Assembly (NCBI GenBank): GCA_963782115.1
Contig: CAWAIK010000002.1
Coordinates: 1-64,000 of the forward strand
DNA length: 64,000 bases
Source: an uncultured Verrucomicrobiae bacterium
GTDB taxonomy: Bacteria; Verrucomicrobiota; Verrucomicrobiia; Chthoniobacterales; JAFAMB01
Direction: 5' to 3'
Positions 62,220-64,000 of this stretch are shown in pieces. The notes under the pieces were generated by a model. It had not been told where the DNA came from and made no database searches. It saw only the letters and a program-made list of their open reading frames with translations. Every line of letters begins with the position of its first letter. Position 1 is the first letter of the stretch. Position numbers and translations under genes: made by a program.

Positions 62220-64000
62220 TTAGGCTTCCAAAGCAGCCTGCGCAGCAGCGAGGCGCGCCACCGGCACCCGAAACGGACTGCAACTCACGTAGGAGAGCCC
62301 GATGCGATGACAGAATTTCACGCTCTCCGGATCTCCACCATGCTCACCGCATATACCAAGTTTAATATCCGGCCGGGTTTTGCGGCCCTGATCACGGGCC
62401 ATCTCCATCAGCCTTCCGACGCCGTCTTGATCGATCGTCGCGAACGGGTTGTTCATGATAATCTCCAACTCCTGGTACTGCGGAAGGAAGCTGCCGGAAT
62501 CATCGCGGCTCATTCCCAAGGCAGTCTGCGTCAAATCATTCGTGCCAAAACTGAAGAATTCAGCATCTTCGGCAATTTTGTCAGCCACAATTGCACCCCG
62601 CGGAATTTCGATCATCGTACCGACAAGGTAATTGAATCGAGTCTTTTTTTCCTTCATTACCGCCGTCGCCACGCGGCGGACGATGTCGATCTGGAGCTTC
62701 AATTCCTTTGGAAAGCCGACCAGCGGAATCATGACTTCGGGCTTCACTTTGATACCCAGCTTCTGCACTTCCGCCGCGGCCTCGAAAATCGCTCTGGCCT
62801 GCATCTCGGTGACTTCTGGAAAAGTGATTCCCAGCCGGCATCCACGGTGACCAAGCATCGGGTTAAATTCGTGCAATTCTTGCACTCGGCGATAGATCTT
62901 CTCAGCGGGTATTCCAAGCTTTTTGGCAAGGTCCGCCTGCTGCGCTTCCGTGTGCGGAAGGAATTCGTGTAAAGGCGGATCCAAGGTGCGGATCGTCGCG
63001 GGAAGCCCCTTGAGTTCTTTGAAGATTCCAACGAAATCCTCGCGCTGGTAGGGCAACAGTTTAGCTAACGCGGATTTTCGTTCTTCCACGGAGGAAGCGA
63101 GAATCATCTCCCGCATGGCATCGATGCGATCGCCTTCGAAGAACATGTGCTCGGTTCTGGTCAAACCGATTCCTTTGGCACCAAAGGCGATCGCGGTTGC
63201 CACCTGCTCAGGAGAATCCGCGTTGGTACGGATCTCCAGTTTGCGGACTTTGTCAGCCCAACTGAGCAGCGAAGAAAATTCCTGGAAAGTCTGGCTCTTT
63301 TTGGGATCTAGTTTCTTCTCCACCAAAACCTGAACCACCTCTGAATGCGCAGTCTTGACTTCGCCGGCATAGACTTCTCCGACAGTTCCGTCCACTGAGA
63401 TAAAGTCACCGTACTTGAGAGTCACGTCCCCCGCCGTCAAGGTTCGATTCACATAATCAATCTCGAGCGTGGAAGCGCCGCAAACACAAACTTTCCCCAT
63501 CTGGCGCGCTACCAGTGCGGCATGAGAAGAGACACCTCCGCGCGCCGTCAGGATCGCCTCAGCAGCGATCATCCCCCGAAGATCTTCCGGCGAAGTTTCG
63601 ATTCGGACCAGGATCACCGGTTGGCCCTTGCTCGCCAACTCTACGGCATCTTTGGCGTTAAAGACGATTTGCCCGCTCGCTGCTCCGGGACCCGCAGCCA
63701 AGCCAGAGGCAATCTTCTTAGCCGTCTTCACGCTTTGCCGATCAAATATCGGAGCCAGACAGGTGCGACAGTGAATCCGCCGGGACCCGCTTGATCGCCT
63801 CTTCCTTGGTGATCAGTTTCTCCTTGACCATCTCGACCGCGATGCGAACCGCGGCAAGACCGGTCCGTTTACCGTTGCGGGTTTGAAGAATGAAAAGCCT
63901 GTTGTCCTCGACTGTAAATTCGAGGTCCTGCATATCGTGAAAATGCTGCTCGAGAATTTCGCGCACCTTGAGCAGTTCCTTGTGTGCGGCCGGCATCTCC
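62220..64000 (-). CDS. ppdK: pyruvate phosphate dikinase, 3' part (frameshift ~63735; runs off the window)
   Basis: [78 protein letters not shown]. Confidence 0.95.

Overview
Bacterial chromosome segment, probably Verrucomicrobiota (inferred from gene content and repeat style). Core genes include nrdJ, mpl, fumC, dnaX-ebfC, gltIJKL, ppdK, tRNA-Arg(CCG) and tRNA-Asn(GTT). Many core genes carry single-base frameshifts, which points to long-read assembly errors, so pseudogene calls are tentative. An accessory region of about 20 kb (~10.9-30.7 kb) abuts the 3' end of tRNA-Arg. It holds: a four-gene operon (HNH nuclease toxin-like, SUKH/SMI1 immunity-like, unknown protein, Strawberry-notch-like SF2 helicase); a Rep_3 remnant; a complete ISAs1 element whose transposase carries an N-terminal DUF4338/DruA-like domain; a ribose-type ABC transporter with a nucleoside hydrolase; and IS66/IS630 debris. 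Elsewhere are an intact IS630, a bufferin-type MNIO (DUF692) RiPP cluster, and a 1.75 kb modular repeat array with three copies of a four-helix-bundle (IVP/Avd-like) gene downstream of ppdK. All family assignments come from motif recognition by eye; no searches were run.
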